Below, one piece after another: positions 60,548-64,000 of a stretch of 64,000 nucleotides of DNA. This DNA comes from Chitinophagales bacterium. Lineage in GTDB: Bacteria > Bacteroidota > Bacteroidia > Chitinophagales > CAIOSU01. The stretch is taken from contig BPHB01000004.1 of the NCBI GenBank assembly GCA_026003335.1, positions 2,316 through 66,315 on the forward strand, written 5' to 3'. Position numbers and translations under genes: made by a program. The notes beneath the pieces are model-generated. The model made no database searches. It was not told where the DNA came from and saw only the letters and a list, made by a program, of their open reading frames with translations. Position 1 is the stretch's first letter, and every line of letters begins with the position of its first letter.

Positions 60548-62370
60548 TGTCTAAATTCCATAAAAGCTTCTACGAAGGGCGTAACCCCCCGGATTACCCG
60601 GAGGGGTCATACGCTTATGAGGAATGGTGGGCTGAACAAAAGCGCCGCTGCCTTGAAGGATACAAGGTGGATGCCGAGCACTGGATTACAGGCATGCACT
60701 ACTACTATATTAACTTCTGCAAGATCGACAGGTTGAATGAGGAAGGGGTAGTCGTCTTTGATTATCCCCGCTACTCAACCATAGACCATGAACTATATAC
60801 TTACCTGTATGAATGCAAGAAACAGGGGAAGGGGTTTATGCTGCTTACCGCACGTGGGTTCGGTAAGTCGTATTTCGTGTCATCCGTAGTGGATTATCAC
60901 TTTACCTTCTTCCCCAAAAGCGAATGTATCGTTTCGGCATCTATTGAGCTGTACGCCAATAAGTTATGGAATAAGATCAAAGAGATGCTTGAAGCCAAAG
61001 AGGAATTCTATCATGCGAAGCTCATAGCTAATGAATTCAAGATAATCTCCGGTTACAGGTATAAGAATGAAAGGAATGAGGAGCGCATCGGCGGGTATCA
61101 GTCTAAGATTGAAAAGGTGATATATGAAAACAAAGCGGGTAAAACCCGTGGTGGACGCCCTACCGTGCATGTGTTTGAAGAGGTGGGGGCTTGGACAGGG
61201 GGTGCTTCACTCAAAGACTGCTATAATATGTCGTCAGCTTCGTGGTGGAGGGGTAAGTATTTTACCTGCCTACCGATACTTATAGGTACCGGAGGTGAGA
61301 TGAAGACGGGAGGTACGGCAGATGCTAAAGAGATGTTTTACAACCCGGATGAATTTAACTTGCTTGCTTTTAAAGACCCTGAAACGCAAAAGAAAAAGTG
61401 CTTCTTTGTTCCTGCATACGTAAAGGCAGAAGGGTTCTATGATGAGTACGGAATACGGACGGAGGAAGCAAAAAAGTTTTTTGAAGAGCAGAGGGCTTTA
61501 AAAGAGTCTGAGCGTGAAGTGTATGAGCAATACATACAGGAATACCCGTTCACTGAGAATGAGATGTTTTACTCATCCAATGAGTCCCCCTTCGCTTTCC
61601 TCCAGACACGTCTATATGAGCTTGAAATGGGCATTGATACAAGGCCATGCAAGCGTGGTTATATGAGACGCTCATCAGATGGACATGCGGAGTTTGTAGA
61701 ACATAAAGACGGTGCTATCATCCTGCTTGAAGACCCGGTGAAAGGGCGCGATGGAACAATTCCGGAAAACCTGTATGTAGCGGGGATTGATAGCTATGAT
61801 CAATCCGTAGCGTACAGCTCCGAATCCAAGGGGGCAATGGCTATATTCAAACGGCAGTATGGGACATCGGGGCGCTATTTTGTAGGGCTTTATTATGACA
61901 GGCCTCAGGATGTGTATGAATTCTATGAGCAGTGTATGTTACTTGCCGAATACTTCAACATAAAGTATAACGTACTTATCGAATACACAAGGATAGGTAT
62001 CATACAGTATTTTGAACAACACAATAAATCATTATATTTAGCAAGGTCGCCCGAGAGCGCCTATAACTCTATTAAACGATCCGTAGCAAGGAATAAGTAC
62101 GGATTCCAGATGAACTACCATACCAAGGTGTATGCGGTAGATTTATATAGGAACTATTGTATTGAAAACAAACATTTATTCTATATAAAAGAGATGGTGG
62201 AAGATCATATCGAATTCAATATGAATGAAGGCAAGTTCGATATCACCATCGCTGCCATGCTTGCCCTCGTTCAGGATGTTGAGCTGACAGAGGTAAAAGT
62301 TGAAGAGATGACCAATCCAAAGAGGATGCCGCGATGGCGTCGTGTCAATGGTAAATTTGTGTTTGAATGA
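60547..62370 (+). CDS. terL: terminase large subunit
   Basis: ITGMHYYYINF, Walker A ARGFGKS, Walker B FEEVG, GTGG, nuclease GIDSYD and YYDRP; TAATG overlap with the RNAP gene. Confidence 0.9.
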   Translation: MSKFHKSFYEGRNPPDYPEGSYAYEEWWAEQKRRCLEGYKVDAEHWITGMHYYYINFCKIDRLNEEGVVVFDYPRYSTIDHELYTYLYECKKQGKGFMLLTARGFGKSYFVSSVVDYHFTFFPKSECIVSASIELYANKLWNKIKEMLEAKEEFYHAKLIANEFKIISGYRYKNERNEERIGGYQSKIEKVIYENKAGKTRGGRPTVHVFEEVGAWTGGASLKDCYNMSSASWWRGKYFTCLPILIGTGGEMKTGGTADAKEMFYNPDEFNLLAFKDPETQKKKCFFVPAYVKAEGFYDEYGIRTEEAKKFFEEQRALKESEREVYEQYIQEYPFTENEMFYSSNESPFAFLQTRLYELEMGIDTRPCKRGYMRRSSDGHAEFVEHKDGAIILLEDPVKGRDGTIPENLYVAGIDSYDQSVAYSSESKGAMAIFKRQYGTSGRYFVGLYYDRPQDVYEFYEQCMLLAEYFNIKYNVLIEYTRIGIIQYFEQHNKSLYLARSPESAYNSIKRSVARNKYGFQMNYHTKVYAVDLYRNYCIENKHLFYIKEMVEDHIEFNMNEGKFDITIAAMLALVQDVELTEVKVEEMTNPKRMPRWRRVNGKFVFE

Positions 62371-62723
62371 TGGACGATATGCTAAAGTACCCCGGCACGT
62401 TTATGCTCCCCTACTTCATCAAAGTACACTGGAGCGTAAATAAAAAATACATCCCTTCCTTGCTTAAAGGGATGTATATAGGCAGCTATCCTGAGAAAGC
62501 CACGAACGCTTTACTCGAGTTGAGCCTGTTGTCTTATTGGAAGTGGCATCAGCCGTATATGGAGGAGGAGATAAAGAAGTGCATCATAGACCATTTCGCT
62601 TGTTACGGGATAAACGTAAAAGACATCGTCATGGCCGATGAATATTTAAATGGCGTGGATTTTGATATAATAAATCACGAAGGGGACAATGAACTTCCTA
62701 AACTGGTAGTATATGAAGGGTAA
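62367..62723 (+). CDS. hypothetical protein
   Basis: 118 aa; ATGA overlap with terL. Confidence 0.7.
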   Translation: MMDDMLKYPGTFMLPYFIKVHWSVNKKYIPSLLKGMYIGSYPEKATNALLELSLLSYWKWHQPYMEEEIKKCIIDHFACYGINVKDIVMADEYLNGVDFDIINHEGDNELPKLVVYEG

Positions 62724-62907
62724 AATCTTTTTTTTAGGGTATTTGTTTTATATTTCGTTTTTTGTTTTTATATTTATTCTTGCGTGGGAAGATATAGGCT
62801 TCCTCCCCGCTCTGCTACTGTTGTCAGTTTCATCTGGCGGGTTATGGGAAGCACCAGCTCTTGTCCGCATTTTGCGTTCAAGAGCTGGTGCTAAGCCTAA
62901 AGAGTGA
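62713..62907 (+). CDS. small membrane protein
   Basis: 64 aa with two hydrophobic segments. Confidence 0.55.
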   Translation: MKGKIFFLGYLFYISFFVFIFILAWEDIGFLPALLLLSVSSGGLWEAPALVRILRSRAGAKPKE

Positions 62908-62922
62908 TCATCAGCAAAATGG

Positions 62923-62957
62923 GGAAGGCAGGTTGCGATGCGACCTGCCTTCCTTTT
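62923..62957. terminator. terminator between convergent genes
   Basis: ggaaggcaggttgc/gcgacctgccttcc stem followed by T4. Confidence 0.65.
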
Positions 62958-63342
62958 AAAACAGCTTCCCATGTTTGTATGGACGCCGCTGGTTGTACTT
63001 TAATTTCATTTTGATGTGGAAATCAAGGTCTATCCCCAGCCATCCTGCAAGGTCAAACAGGCGTATCATCGTGTCGGCTATCTCGTCCTCAAAGGTGTCT
63101 TTAATCATCGCCTTAAAGTCGGCAACTGACATATTATAGCCGTTCGACTTAATATACTTATCTTTGTTTGCGCGTTCCCCCTCCCTGTAAGCTTCCATCG
63201 CTTCTCCTAACTCAGATACTATCAACATAAGCGCCGTGCCGACTTCCTTGGGTTCATCATAAAACCCTTTTTCTTTGTTCATTTTATGGATCTCTTTGGC
63301 GGCAAGGTTCAGGAATTCCAAGTTGACGTTTTCAAGATTCAT
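62956..63342 (-). CDS. MazG-like nucleotide pyrophosphohydrolase
   Basis: LIVSELGEAMEA...EDEIADTMIRLFDL...KLKYNQRRPYKHGK. Start at ATG 63342, with TATATTTG upstream. Confidence 0.85.
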   Translation of the reverse strand: MNLENVNLEFLNLAAKEIHKMNKEKGFYDEPKEVGTALMLIVSELGEAMEAYREGERANKDKYIKSNGYNMSVADFKAMIKDTFEDEIADTMIRLFDLAGWLGIDLDFHIKMKLKYNQRRPYKHGKLF

Positions 63343-63406
63343 AACTCGTCTTTTTTGTTTGTAGATAAGACAAATATAGTTATATTTACAATAAAGTATA
63401 AAAAAG

Positions 63407-64000
63407 ATGAGGGTATTAAAAAAATGGTTTTTTGAAATTACGGCCACCCCTCTCAAGCGTGGCACAAGGTTTCTTCGCCTTGACCAGCCTGTAGAACAAA
63501 CTTACAGAAACCTTGTCGATTCCGTCCCTTTCTTTGAAGAACAGGAGGATAGGGCAAAAGATACACAGCAAGGCTTAGTGTATGCAGCTACAGATGCCGA
63601 AGCCAAGTCTTTTGACGAATCGGAGTTGAGTTCCAAAACGAAAGCGGTGCAGCCGCACCAGCTGCCGGAAGTGACTTCTGAATCACAGACTATCTCCTTG
63701 CCGGATGGGTCCACCTATTCCGGGGAGGTTGTAGAAGTAGAGATAAGCAACACACTCCCTTCTTCGGATAAGCGTAACATCTATGTCGTAAAGATAAATG
63801 AGTTTGTGCTGGGGGTATACACCTCAGTGATACAAACATTACAGTCTGCTTTAACAGCTCTTGAAACAGCCTTTAACGCTTTCCGGAATTTGTTTACTGG
63901 CGGTACCACAGGGCAAGTACTTGCCAAAAACAGTAATGGTGACTTCAACTTCTCGTGGCAATCAATACAAGAGTCAGACTATGTCAGTTTTATATTACCT
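63407..64000 (+). CDS. probable tail fibre protein (runs off the window; not in the ORF track)
   Basis: Open frame MRVLKKWFF...FLRLDQPVEQTYRNLVDS...AKDTQQGLVYAATDAE...GGTTGQVLAKNSNGDFNFSW, with motifs typical of phage fibres. Confidence 0.7.
   Translation, partial: MRVLKKWFFEITATPLKRGTRFLRLDQPVEQTYRNLVDSVPFFEEQEDRAKDTQQGLVYAATDAEAKSFDESELSSKTKAVQPHQLPEVTSESQTISLPDGSTYSGEVVEVEISNTLPSSDKRNIYVVKINEFVLGVYTSVIQTLQSALTALETAFNAFRNLFTGGTTGQVLAKNSNGDFNFSWQSIQESDYVSFILP

Noticed and set aside
17965..61170. Many reverse-strand ORFs inside structural genes (e.g. 40828..41769)
   Set aside because: They are antisense shadows of long, codon-biased + strand genes.
16522..62370. Stop-codon reassignment as in some crAss-like phages
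   Set aside because: The giant ORFs are uninterrupted in the standard code, and TAG, TGA and TAA all end genes at sensible boundaries.

Overview
This window looks like part of a crAss-like (Crassvirales-type) phage genome, most likely with a Bacteroidota host, read in the standard genetic code. All family assignments are from motif recognition by eye, not database searches. From 16.2 to 64 kb a rightward virion module encodes a scaffold-like protein, major capsid protein, ring/tail proteins, a muzzle protein, small cargo proteins, three giant ejected proteins (the 6155-aa one carries a two-barrel RNA polymerase motif DADGD and two zincin motifs), a large terminase, a MazG-like gene and the start of a tail-fibre gene. 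From 1 to 11.4 kb is a leftward, probably early, region in which almost every unit is bounded by the same 'hairpin - T7-8 - A-run - ATG' junction (about 23 copies). It holds six paralogous 26-aa-repeat genes with hypervariable positions, a MoxR/VWA-peptidase pair, a Csx16-like putative ring nuclease (candidate anti-type III CRISPR), and a 1-kb non-coding block with two covarying copies of an unrecognised ~300-nt structured element. Two palindrome-rich control regions lie at 11.4-11.75 kb and 15.4-16.2 kb.
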